DNA from: Deltaproteobacteria bacterium
GTDB taxonomy: Bacteria > Desulfobacterota > Syntrophia > Syntrophales > UBA8958
Reading direction: 5' to 3'
DNA: 64,000 nucleotides
Assembly: GCA_029561465.1 (NCBI GenBank)
Contig: JAKQIZ010000078.1
Span: 6,638 to 70,637, forward strand
Shown: positions 45,128-53,411 of the stretch, one piece after another
Layout of the letters: the number at the start of each line of letters is the position of its first letter
Position numbering within the stretch: position 1 is the stretch's first letter
Made by a program: the position numbers and the translations under genes
Notes under the pieces: generated by a model
Told to the model about the DNA's origin: nothing
The model's input: only the letters and a program-made list of their open reading frames with translations
Database searches by the model: none

Positions 45128-45398
45128 TTTTCTTCTCTTAGGCTTTTTGAAAACATTATCGATGATTGTGAATTATGTAAGCTTATCCATTCAATAATAA
45201 CGACATCGTAAAAGGTCAAAAAATGTTCCATTTGGGACGGCATCGTAAAAAGATCCGCAGGCGAGGCGCGCGAATCCTGAGGAATGAGGCGTACTTGTGC
45301 GTACGTCGCAGTGACGAGGGATGAAGCGCAACGAAGCATCCGGACTTTTTACGATGCCGTCAATAATACTAAAATGCTTTTTACATTTAGCAACTAAA
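45128..45398 (-). promoter_or_regulatory. AT-rich 271-nt intergenic region splitting the array; probable terminator/promoter/operator zone
   Basis: Largest non-coding gap in the window and visibly AT-rich. Contains three copies of a ~17-nt motif (CG[A/G]CATCGTAAAA[G/A]) at 45201..45217, 45238..45255 and, inverted, 45342..45359. Confidence 0.55.
45236..45361. repeat. long-range inverted repeat (21 bp with one bulge) enclosing an ~83-nt GC-rich core
   Basis: GACGGCATCGTAAAAAG(A)TCCG at 45236..45257 is the reverse complement of CGGACTTTTTACGATGCCGTC at 45341..45361. Confidence 0.85.
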
Positions 45399-47420
45399 TC
45401 AAATGAAACGTCGAACCATTTTATCTTCTCTTCCTTTTTCTATCTCCAGATTAAAGAAGGCCTCGACGACCTCGATGGGGATCTTCCAGAAATCGATGAG
45501 GCGGATGTCGAGATGGCTCCCCGTGAACCGCCGCTGCCGCCATTCTTCGTAGGAGATGCCCGCCGGCGTGTTCGGATAGGGATTGTAGAGGCTTACGGTA
45601 TAGCCGTCGGCACGGAGGGCTTTTGTGTTCGCGAACATCTCCTCGTACTGGGCGCGATTGAACCATTTACCCCCCAGCATGAGGTAGATGACGCAGTTGA
45701 TCCCCACCTCCTGAATGACCTTGATCCATTCCGCCGCCCCGGCGAGGCTCACCCGCTTGGTCTTGACCTGGTGCCTTTCGCTGAGGGCGTTTTCCAAGCC
45801 CAGTTTGAGATGGGTGCATCCCGCGGCCTTCATCGACCGCAGGAGCTCCACATCCAGGGTATCGTAGCGGCTCTCCACCCGCCAGGTGATGCCGGGGAAT
45901 TTTTCCGTAACCTCCCGGCAGAACTCCAGGGCCATGGCTTTGTCGGCGGTGAAGTTGGCGTCGATGATATAGAAGTTACGGATGCCATAGTTCTCGTACC
46001 GAATCCGGATGTCTTCCATAACCGCCGCCCGGGGGCGGCAGCGGATTTTACCTTTGTTGATCTCCGCCACCCGGCAGAAATCGCAGGTCCCGGCGCATCC
46101 CCGGCGCCAGAGGATCGTATCCAGGGAGGGGGGAGAGATTTCCGTAGCCATCGTCTCAAACCGGAAGGGCGGCAGACTTTTCAACCCGTGCTCGGAGAGG
46201 AGCCCGCCGTTGATCCGGCCCCGTTGATGGTTTTCCAGGATGGCCGGCAGGAGGCTTTCCACCTCGCCATGAACGATCAGGTCGAAATCCTCGGAGGCCA
46301 ACCCCACCTCGGGGCCGACGGCGACGATATAGGCCCGGGGATTCACTTTCCGGACGATCTTGGCGATTTTCTGGGAGGAATCCCAATTCCCGCTGTCAAA
46401 AGAGGGGTTCAGGATATCCCCGCAGGTAACGAACACCGTATCTGAGCCATGGGCGCGGAAATATTCCTCGAACGCCGGGAAGGCCTCGCTTCCGGCCAGG
46501 TGGTCATAGAATTCGACGGAATTGAAGACCATCTGGTAGCGGGTCACATAGTTTTCATGGGGTTCGGAATCGCAGTGGTAGGTCCGGTTGGGGATGTGCA
46601 GGGAATCCAGACGGGAGGAGATGAAGGCCGCCCCCATGTTGAGGCGGTTGTTATGGCTCCCCAGAAGCTTGTAGAACGGGGGTATCACCAGGAGGACATC
46701 CCGCCGGCCCCCTTGGGCAACAAAACTCCTCCTGGCAATGGGGGCGGCGACGCCGTCCAGTTCCTCCTCGATCATCCGCGTGATCTTTTCCGGAAAGATC
46801 ATGTTGTTTTCATAGGTGATCCGGATCGCGCTGATATCGGCGTTGACGGCGGGGACGATATCGTACTCGTAGGAACGTCCCACATAAACCATGTCCCGGG
46901 TATCCGCGGAAAGGATTTCGCCCAGTTGCCGAAGGATATCGTTTTTGTCCATACCCAGGTCGCAGGAAAAGAGACAGCGGTCGAAACAATCGCCCACGGC
47001 GAGCTTGTGGGAGAGGAATTCCTTCTGATAGGCCCAGAGATTGGAAACCACCACGAGGGTGTATTTCTTCTTCAGCGCCGCGAGCAGTTCCATGGCCCCG
47101 GGAACCCAGCGTATCTCCCGGGCGTCGTTGTCCATGAGGGCACGGAACTTCTGGATGATTTTCTCTTTCAAAGGCGACCGGGGATTCTTCAGGCTCAGCA
47201 GCATGGACGACGTCTGCGACGGGGTGACATTTTCAAAGAATCTTTCCAGAAAGCGGGCCGGCTCCGTCTCGGCAATCAACAGGCACCGTTTCTGCTGTTC
47301 CGGGGAGATCTCCTCGCCCGTAATATCCTGGTAAAATATGGAGATAGCCGAATCCTCCGTACCGAAGATCAGGGTTTCCCACAAGTCAAAAACTACAATT
47401 TTCTTTTTTTTATCAACCAT
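45399..47420 (-). CDS. fusion protein: degenerate HAD-like domain (N-terminal ~215 aa) plus B12-binding radical SAM domain
   Basis: VVFDLWETLIF (HAD motif I with the second Asp replaced), VVSNLW, YVGRSYEYD (degenerate motif IV). This is followed by a Rossmann-like region and CAGTCDFC (CX3CX2C). Confidence 0.8.
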   Translation of the reverse strand: MVDKKKKIVVFDLWETLIFGTEDSAISIFYQDITGEEISPEQQKRCLLIAETEPARFLERFFENVTPSQTSSMLLSLKNPRSPLKEKIIQKFRALMDNDAREIRWVPGAMELLAALKKKYTLVVVSNLWAYQKEFLSHKLAVGDCFDRCLFSCDLGMDKNDILRQLGEILSADTRDMVYVGRSYEYDIVPAVNADISAIRITYENNMIFPEKITRMIEEELDGVAAPIARRSFVAQGGRRDVLLVIPPFYKLLGSHNNRLNMGAAFISSRLDSLHIPNRTYHCDSEPHENYVTRYQMVFNSVEFYDHLAGSEAFPAFEEYFRAHGSDTVFVTCGDILNPSFDSGNWDSSQKIAKIVRKVNPRAYIVAVGPEVGLASEDFDLIVHGEVESLLPAILENHQRGRINGGLLSEHGLKSLPPFRFETMATEISPPSLDTILWRRGCAGTCDFCRVAEINKGKIRCRPRAAVMEDIRIRYENYGIRNFYIIDANFTADKAMALEFCREVTEKFPGITWRVESRYDTLDVELLRSMKAAGCTHLKLGLENALSERHQVKTKRVSLAGAAEWIKVIQEVGINCVIYLMLGGKWFNRAQYEEMFANTKALRADGYTVSLYNPYPNTPAGISYEEWRQRRFTGSHLDIRLIDFWKIPIEVVEAFFNLEIEKGREDKMVRRFI

Positions 47421-47440
47421 TTATCAACCTCTTCACCGGC

Positions 47441-48238
47441 TTATTGCCGGCCACTGAATCTGTTCCTCAGGAACTCCTGGTTTTGCCGCTCCGCGTCGGT
47501 CATGGTCTTTTCGTCCGTTCCCAGCATGGAAACGATCATCCGCTTGTATTCCACCAGCATCTTCAGCTCCAGGGGATCGGCGGAAAGGATATGATCCGTG
47601 CCGAAATAGGTCTTCGAAAGGGTAATGTGCTTCTCGATGACCGCCGCCCCCCGGGCCACCGCCACCAGGGGCGCCACGATGCCCAAGGTATGATCGGAGT
47701 AACCAACCTGGCACCGGTAACGCTCCCGGAGGTAGTCCATGGTCCGCATGTTGACCCGTTCATCCGGGAGGGGATATTCCGATACACAATGGAGGAGATA
47801 GAGGTCCACTTTTTTTAGCATTGCCACCGCCGCGTCGATCTCCGCCACGGAGGACATCCCGGTGGACAGGAAGACCTTGTCCGCCCGGTCGTTGACCAGT
47901 TTGAGGAGATCATGATCGGTGATATGAAAGGAGGCGATCTTCATGTCCCGCACCCCCAAAGAAAAGAGGTCCGCCGCCTTGGCGGCGTCCCAGGGGGTGC
48001 AGAGAAAGGCGATGCCCCGCTGGCGGGCTATCCCGTAGAGATAGCGCAACTGGTCCATGTCGAGCTGCACCTTCCGGAACCATTCCTTTTCCGGATCGCT
48101 GTCGGCACAGGCCTCGGCGTCATAGTACTGGAACTTCACATAGTCGGCTCCCGCCTCCCGGGAGACATCGATCATCTTCCGGGCGAGATCCATGTCCCCC
48201 AGGTGATTTTCCCCCGCTTCCGCAATGATGATGCACAT
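47441..48238 (-). CDS. NeuB/SpsE-family PEP-dependent sugar synthase homologue lacking the C-terminal SAF domain
   Basis: MCIIIAEAGENHLGDMDLARKMIDVSREAGADYVKFQ and GYSDHTLG motifs. Only 265 aa from ATG 48238. Confidence 0.8.
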   Translation of the reverse strand: MCIIIAEAGENHLGDMDLARKMIDVSREAGADYVKFQYYDAEACADSDPEKEWFRKVQLDMDQLRYLYGIARQRGIAFLCTPWDAAKAADLFSLGVRDMKIASFHITDHDLLKLVNDRADKVFLSTGMSSVAEIDAAVAMLKKVDLYLLHCVSEYPLPDERVNMRTMDYLRERYRCQVGYSDHTLGIVAPLVAVARGAAVIEKHITLSKTYFGTDHILSADPLELKMLVEYKRMIVSMLGTDEKTMTDAERQNQEFLRNRFSGRQ

Positions 48239-48254
48239 TTTCCTATCTACCCCC

Positions 48255-49226
48255 TCAGCCGAAGATTTTTCGCAACCGGACGACGGCCTCGTATTGGGAG
48301 ACATTATGCCCATGATCGCCGTTTTCCGGATCGATTTCCATGATCAGGGTCTCATCGCCCCGCACCTTTCCCAGCAGTTCCGCAAAATCCACATTGCCCC
48401 GACCGATGGGGAGACCCTCCGTGTAGAGATATTTGTCCATTTCGTCAAGGCCATCATCCGGCCGCCAGCGGCAGGCGTCGGAAACGTGAAAATATTCGAT
48501 GAAACCATTAACGAAGTCCGCCGCCGTCAGATACTCCGCCTGGGCAAGGTCTTCGGCGTAGATGTTGCCGAAGCGTACATCGCCGGCCAAATGCCCGTGG
48601 CGTTGCCGCATGTTGAACATGTTGGCCGACAGGACGGCATGGGCCGTATCGAGGAGAAAGCCCACCGATCCCAATCCCAGCTTCCCGACCGCTTCCGCCA
48701 GTATGGCCATATCCCAGGGAAAACAGTGATCCAGGGGGCTTACCGCATATTCCGCCCCCAATCCCGGCGGCAGCCACACGAATCCGTAGTTTTCCAGGAG
48801 GATCCTCACTCCCTTTGGCGCGGCGAGATCGTTCCACCGGGCCACCCGCTCGATGAATCCCCGCCGGGCCTCTTGCTTGGGGATATCGCGGTTAAATCCG
48901 TAACAGCAGTGCATGACCAGTTCGGCGGCGCCGATCCCCTCCGTAAAGGCCAAAACCTTCGTAAGTTTATCCGGATCATCGTCGATGGCGTCAAAGAGGT
49001 AACCTGTCTCGACATCCATGATGGGGAAATGGACGATAAACCGGCAGGCCTCGCCAAGCCGCCGCACCCCGGACATAAAAGCCGCCGCTTCCGGATGGAA
49101 GACATCCCTGGCGCCGAACAGATGGAGTTCGATGACCGGCGGGAGTCCCAGACGCCGAAAGCTCTCCCGGCGGTCCTGCAACTGGGAGGGAAAGACCGCC
49201 GCCTTCATACCGTATTTAAAAGCCAA
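48255..49226 (-). CDS. xylose-isomerase-like TIM-barrel protein (sugar phosphate isomerase/epimerase family)
   Basis: The overall pattern (LLDTAH, LLENYG, HVSD) resembles the AP-endonuclease-2/xylose-isomerase-like TIM family. Start is TTG 49226 or ATG 49208. Confidence 0.7.
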   Translation of the reverse strand: MAFKYGMKAAVFPSQLQDRRESFRRLGLPPVIELHLFGARDVFHPEAAAFMSGVRRLGEACRFIVHFPIMDVETGYLFDAIDDDPDKLTKVLAFTEGIGAAELVMHCCYGFNRDIPKQEARRGFIERVARWNDLAAPKGVRILLENYGFVWLPPGLGAEYAVSPLDHCFPWDMAILAEAVGKLGLGSVGFLLDTAHAVLSANMFNMRQRHGHLAGDVRFGNIYAEDLAQAEYLTAADFVNGFIEYFHVSDACRWRPDDGLDEMDKYLYTEGLPIGRGNVDFAELLGKVRGDETLIMEIDPENGDHGHNVSQYEAVVRLRKIFG

Positions 49227-49241
49227 GCCGGCCTCGCGGGG

Positions 49242-50306
49242 TTATTCTGACAAAACTCTTTCAAACTGTTCCATAATTGTTTTAACCGGGTCGCCTGACG
49301 ACGGAAGGGAATGACCGGGGGCATCCCCGCCCCGGCCTGCAAAAACGGCGTCGAGGCGTTCATATAGTTCGGCGGCCGTCGTTACGAGGCGGTCGGCGAT
49401 CAGGCGGTTGTGGGCATGAGGCGCCTTCCCCGGGCCGACGGGTTGAAAACTGATCACGGGGAGGCCGAGCAGGTGGGCCTCCGTGAGGATCGTGGAGGTC
49501 ATGCCAATGACGACGTCCGCCGCCTGGAGGAAACGGCATGCGGCGTCCCCTTCTTCAAAGGCCCAGTCGCTGCCGCCTCCCGGAGGGGCGAAAAAATCTA
49601 CGTAAAGCGCCCGGTCATCGCGGGGGTGGAGCCTGATCCGGAGGGAAAAGCCACCCCGGCCCCGCGCTGCGATGTAGGCGGAGAGGATATTCAGGATGTG
49701 GAGTTCGTCATAGCCGTACTTCTCCGTCTCCCCGGCGGCGGCGATGTATTCCGTACAGAAGGTGATCAGCCGTTTGCCGCCTAACCGCAACTCCTCCCGG
49801 AGCAGCTCTCTCTCCCCGGCGGCAAGTCGGCGTGCGGCTACCGCCGCGAGATAGGGCGAACCGGCAACGCTGATCCGCTCCCGGGGGACGCCGAGACGGG
49901 CCACGTCCGCCGCCGCCGCCTCGTCCGCCACGATGATCAGGTCGGGGAAGACCAGCTCGCCGTTCTTTTCAAATCGCTCCCGGCAGTGTTTCACCATGTC
50001 GAGAAGGCAGACGCTCTTCTTTCCCCACCCCCGGGCCGCGCGCCACAGGCGGTGCTCCACGTCCGACGTAGGCGCAGTGCCCGTCACGATCAGGTCGAAA
50101 TCCTTCCCCAAGCCATCGTCGAGCACCGCCTCCTCGTCGATCACCCGCCGGCAGAGATAATCTCCCGGTTCGATCTCCCGGGGCCCCAGGCAGCCCACGG
50201 CGTAACGTTCCCGGCAGGCGCGGAGGACCGGATGGATCATGTTGAAGGAACCGTGCTGGGTCGCCGCGAACAGGATGCGCTTCTTATCCCGCATCTCCGT
50301 CCGCAT
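49242..50306 (-). CDS. hypothetical GT-B-like protein (PseG/epimerase/transferase-like?)
   Basis: IRLHPRDD and VVIGMTSTILTEAHLLGLPVISF resemble a GT-B C-terminal half. Family not recognised. Confidence 0.45.
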   Translation of the reverse strand: MRTEMRDKKRILFAATQHGSFNMIHPVLRACRERYAVGCLGPREIEPGDYLCRRVIDEEAVLDDGLGKDFDLIVTGTAPTSDVEHRLWRAARGWGKKSVCLLDMVKHCRERFEKNGELVFPDLIIVADEAAAADVARLGVPRERISVAGSPYLAAVAARRLAAGERELLREELRLGGKRLITFCTEYIAAAGETEKYGYDELHILNILSAYIAARGRGGFSLRIRLHPRDDRALYVDFFAPPGGGSDWAFEEGDAACRFLQAADVVIGMTSTILTEAHLLGLPVISFQPVGPGKAPHAHNRLIADRLVTTAAELYERLDAVFAGRGGDAPGHSLPSSGDPVKTIMEQFERVLSE

Positions 50307-51270
50307 TGCCTTTGTAGTACAGCGGGGGGCACCAGTGATGGCCCGCCACCCAATCGGTGTTGGGAAAATCGCCGCCCTTCTTCATGATCCGGTGGCAGGG
50401 GGTATCGTAAACCTTTCCCGTCGATCTCTCCACGGGATCGAAGACGATGTACTTGTAATAACCCGACTCCATCCCGGCGGGAAAGAGGACCCGGTTCGGG
50501 AAGCGGGGATCGAGATGCCGCTCGGCGTACGCCCGTTTCCAGGCGACGATCTCGGCCAGCCGGTCCGTCTGGACGCAGCCCAAGGCGGCGGCAAACTCGC
50601 TCATCCGGTAGTTGAAACCCGCTACGCCGTAATCGGGTTTCCCGTAATTCCGGTATTGCCGGGCAAATTCGGCAAGGCCTTTGTCGGCCGTTACCAGCAT
50701 GCCTCCCTCGCCGGTGGAAATCGTCTTGGTGGCATAGAAGGAGTAAACGCCGGCCTCACCCCAGGAACCGGGGCGCTTCCCCCGCCAGGAGGCGCCGTGG
50801 GCGTGGGCGCAATCCTCGATCAGGACGATCCCCTTCTTTTTGCACAGGGCGGCGATCGCCTCGATCTCGAAGGCCACGTGGCCGCCGATATGGACCACCC
50901 ACACCGCGGCGGGCCGATGGGCCTCGATCTTCGCCTGCAAATCCGCGTATGACATGCACAGGTCATGGCGGTTGCAGTCCACGAACTCCACCGCGGCCCC
51001 GGCCTTGATCACACTCAGGGGCGTCGCCATGAAGGTGTTGGACGGGCAGAGGACCGTTTTCCCCGCCAATTGGAAATATTCCAGGGCCGCCAGGGCCGCC
51101 CCCGCCCAACTGGAAAAGGAAACGGACTCCAGACCGTTGTATTCCGACCATTTTTCCTCGAAGGTCCGGGTGAACCTCCCCTCCGTCCACTGATGGGTGG
51201 CGACGATGCTGTCCCAGTACTCATGGAGGGTCTTCAGGTCCTCCGTTTCGAAACCGATGGTAAATTTCAT
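50284..51270 (-). CDS. DegT-family aminotransferase (short, 328 aa)
   Basis: LIEDCAHAHGA and GVYSFYATKTISTGEGG (catalytic Lys). Confidence 0.85.
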   Translation of the reverse strand: MKFTIGFETEDLKTLHEYWDSIVATHQWTEGRFTRTFEEKWSEYNGLESVSFSSWAGAALAALEYFQLAGKTVLCPSNTFMATPLSVIKAGAAVEFVDCNRHDLCMSYADLQAKIEAHRPAAVWVVHIGGHVAFEIEAIAALCKKKGIVLIEDCAHAHGASWRGKRPGSWGEAGVYSFYATKTISTGEGGMLVTADKGLAEFARQYRNYGKPDYGVAGFNYRMSEFAAALGCVQTDRLAEIVAWKRAYAERHLDPRFPNRVLFPAGMESGYYKYIVFDPVERSTGKVYDTPCHRIMKKGGDFPNTDWVAGHHWCPPLYYKGNADGDAG

Positions 51271-51274
51271 GATC

Positions 51275-53218
51275 TCATGCTCCTCGTAATTCAGCGACTA
51301 CGGCCTTGACGGCATCGGCGCCGGCAAAAGGGGCGCCGATGTTGTTTTCCCGGAGATACCTTTCCGCCGCGCGATCCAGGGACGGGGGCATGGCGCCGGA
51401 AGCTTCCCGATCACGCAGAAAATCATTCATGAATCTCCCCACCCGGCGTGAGGCGTCGAAATCACCGAAATAATTATAACTTTCTTTCCATCGAGAAAAG
51501 TCCCCCACCGTTTTATCCCCATCCGCCGCCCGGATGATTGCCGCTTCCAGATCTTGCCGGCGCCGGAAGATAAACCGCTGTTCACCGTCGCGATAAAACG
51601 GATGCCGATACCATCGGGAGCAATCCCAATGCACCACTTTGTGCCCATGGACGGCGCAGACAATACCGGCGGAATTCAGACCGTAACACACGGAAAGATG
51701 GGCCCGGGCCGCCGCGGCCAAAGGAGAGGCGGTGGGGGCGAGCGCCTTCAGGCGCCGATCGGCAAGCAGCCGGTGGATATTATCCTGCCCCTCCGCGCCG
51801 GTGATGAAGGACGCCATGTCATCCAAGCGCCAGTTTTTGCTTTTGACGATGAGCCCCCAGGAGGGCCGCCGGACGGCGAGGGAGAGGAGCCAACGGTAAA
51901 ACGCCGCCAGCGTCGCTTCGGTCTGATGGATGTTGTAAGACGCCGACGAATCGAAAACGGCCAACACGAAATCCACCTCCGGCGGGAAAGGCGCCGGGTC
52001 TTCGTTTTCGTCCGTCCCGGAGGCGCCCAGCCACATCCCCGCGGGAAGGAGATAACGGCTCGTGTGACCCGTCTGGCGGACAAAATCATATATCGCCTGC
52101 CCCCAGACAAAGAAGACGTGAAAGGGAAAGAGGTGGTTTTGGGTCATGACGGTAGGATAATTCGACCAGTGCAGGCCCATGAGGATGCCTCCGGCCGCTT
52201 CCACCGCCCGTGCCCACATCTCCTGCCGCCACGATGTGTCGTGATGCTGGATGAGGATGCGGACTTGAAACTTGCGAAACAGCGACGCATAAATTGCATA
52301 GTTCAGATTATAGAGAAAAAACAGATAGCCGATGAGGAGCGGATAACGTCGGAGGGCCGTCCACCCCGTGGCGAAAATCCTCGCCAGCCCCCGGAAGGTC
52401 ATCCCGCTCATCCGCACCGCCGCAAGGAAGTGGGCGTCCACCCATTTGCATCCTTGCCGGTTCAGCAGGCGGATCGTCGCCTCATCGGCCGGGGTGTCGC
52501 CGCGAAAGAGGAAATAAACGAGATCGTAATGATGCAGATCGACGTGCTCCCGCCAAAAGGTGAAATCAAGGCCGCTGCTGTGTTCAAATTCCACCCAGAT
52601 AGCCGGCTTGTCCCCGGTGATGTTGGCACGGACCTTCCCGCCGGTCGACATTCCATATATCAGCAGGGGGATGTAAAGCAGCAACCTCAGCAATATTCCC
52701 GGCTTCTCGTTCTTTAACCCGCCGTTTTTGATGATCAGACCGGTCTGCTCGTAGAGGCGGGCGATGAAAATATTCAAGGAGTGATTTTTCAGGTAGATTT
52801 CATCGACCAGGGCTTCTTTTTCCGCCCGGCCGCGGATCTTTTCCCGCACCATCTCGATGAAGGCGATCCGCTTGTAGAGGCTGTCGAAAAGAAAACTCCT
52901 CACCATGTTCATCTGGGCGGGATGCTCCGGCCAGGCCAGTTCCCGGCCCAGGGTCGCCAGGCATTGTTCGATCTTGTCCCGGACCTCATAGGCCAGCCCC
53001 TCCCCCTCCTCATCGCGGCGATCCAGGCAGAGGGACGCCGCCCGTGCGACCAGGGGCAAACCGATCTTTTCCATCAGCCCGATAACAAATATCGGCCCCG
53101 GGGAAGCCTGGTGCTCATCGTAATGGACGATCAGGCGGTTTCCGAGGGACCGGAGGAGGATGGTCAAGAGGGCGCCGGGGCCTAATTTCTGGATCCAGAG
53201 CGCGCGCGTGGGTTTCAT
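51275..53218 (-). CDS. large hypothetical protein (~647 aa)
   Basis: Long ORF in operon context. ATG 53218 (MKPTRALWIQKLG) is preferred over TTG 53347 and ATG 53329, whose extra residues look non-coding. No family recognised. Confidence 0.5.
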   Translation of the reverse strand: MKPTRALWIQKLGPGALLTILLRSLGNRLIVHYDEHQASPGPIFVIGLMEKIGLPLVARAASLCLDRRDEEGEGLAYEVRDKIEQCLATLGRELAWPEHPAQMNMVRSFLFDSLYKRIAFIEMVREKIRGRAEKEALVDEIYLKNHSLNIFIARLYEQTGLIIKNGGLKNEKPGILLRLLLYIPLLIYGMSTGGKVRANITGDKPAIWVEFEHSSGLDFTFWREHVDLHHYDLVYFLFRGDTPADEATIRLLNRQGCKWVDAHFLAAVRMSGMTFRGLARIFATGWTALRRYPLLIGYLFFLYNLNYAIYASLFRKFQVRILIQHHDTSWRQEMWARAVEAAGGILMGLHWSNYPTVMTQNHLFPFHVFFVWGQAIYDFVRQTGHTSRYLLPAGMWLGASGTDENEDPAPFPPEVDFVLAVFDSSASYNIHQTEATLAAFYRWLLSLAVRRPSWGLIVKSKNWRLDDMASFITGAEGQDNIHRLLADRRLKALAPTASPLAAAARAHLSVCYGLNSAGIVCAVHGHKVVHWDCSRWYRHPFYRDGEQRFIFRRRQDLEAAIIRAADGDKTVGDFSRWKESYNYFGDFDASRRVGRFMNDFLRDREASGAMPPSLDRAAERYLRENNIGAPFAGADAVKAVVAELRGA

Positions 53219-53411
53219 TGCCGGAAGGCTTTGCGTAACCGGGGTCCTTGCCTGACGCCGCCCCCAGGGACCGAACGATGGTGGAGATGCCGGTTTCCCC
53301 GCGCAAAAGGCAGGGAAAGACCCGGACATGACGCGAGACCTTTGCAAAACTCTGTTCCCGCCTCCATATTGTCATTCCTGCAAAAGCGGTAATCCAGTAT
53401 TATCAAGGAGT

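Noticed and set aside
45289-45304. Short direct repeat GCGTAC x2 and the near-palindrome TGCGTACGTCGCA in the core of the inverted-repeat element.
   Set aside because: It is too short and imperfect to interpret on its own, so it is subsumed under the intergenic-element finding.
45124-45339. A 71-aa minus-strand ORF, and a + strand ORF start at 45321, inside the AT-rich intergenic region.
   Set aside because: The ORF spans the inverted-repeat element, has no RBS and no motif, and its composition changes abruptly. It is more likely non-coding or regulatory sequence.
53379-53397. Sigma-54-like TGG...TTGC element on the minus strand (CTGGATTACCGCTTTTGCA).
   Set aside because: The GG-to-GC spacing is 14 nt rather than the 12 nt (first G of GG to G of GC) of the -24/-12 consensus, so it is not a credible RpoN promoter.
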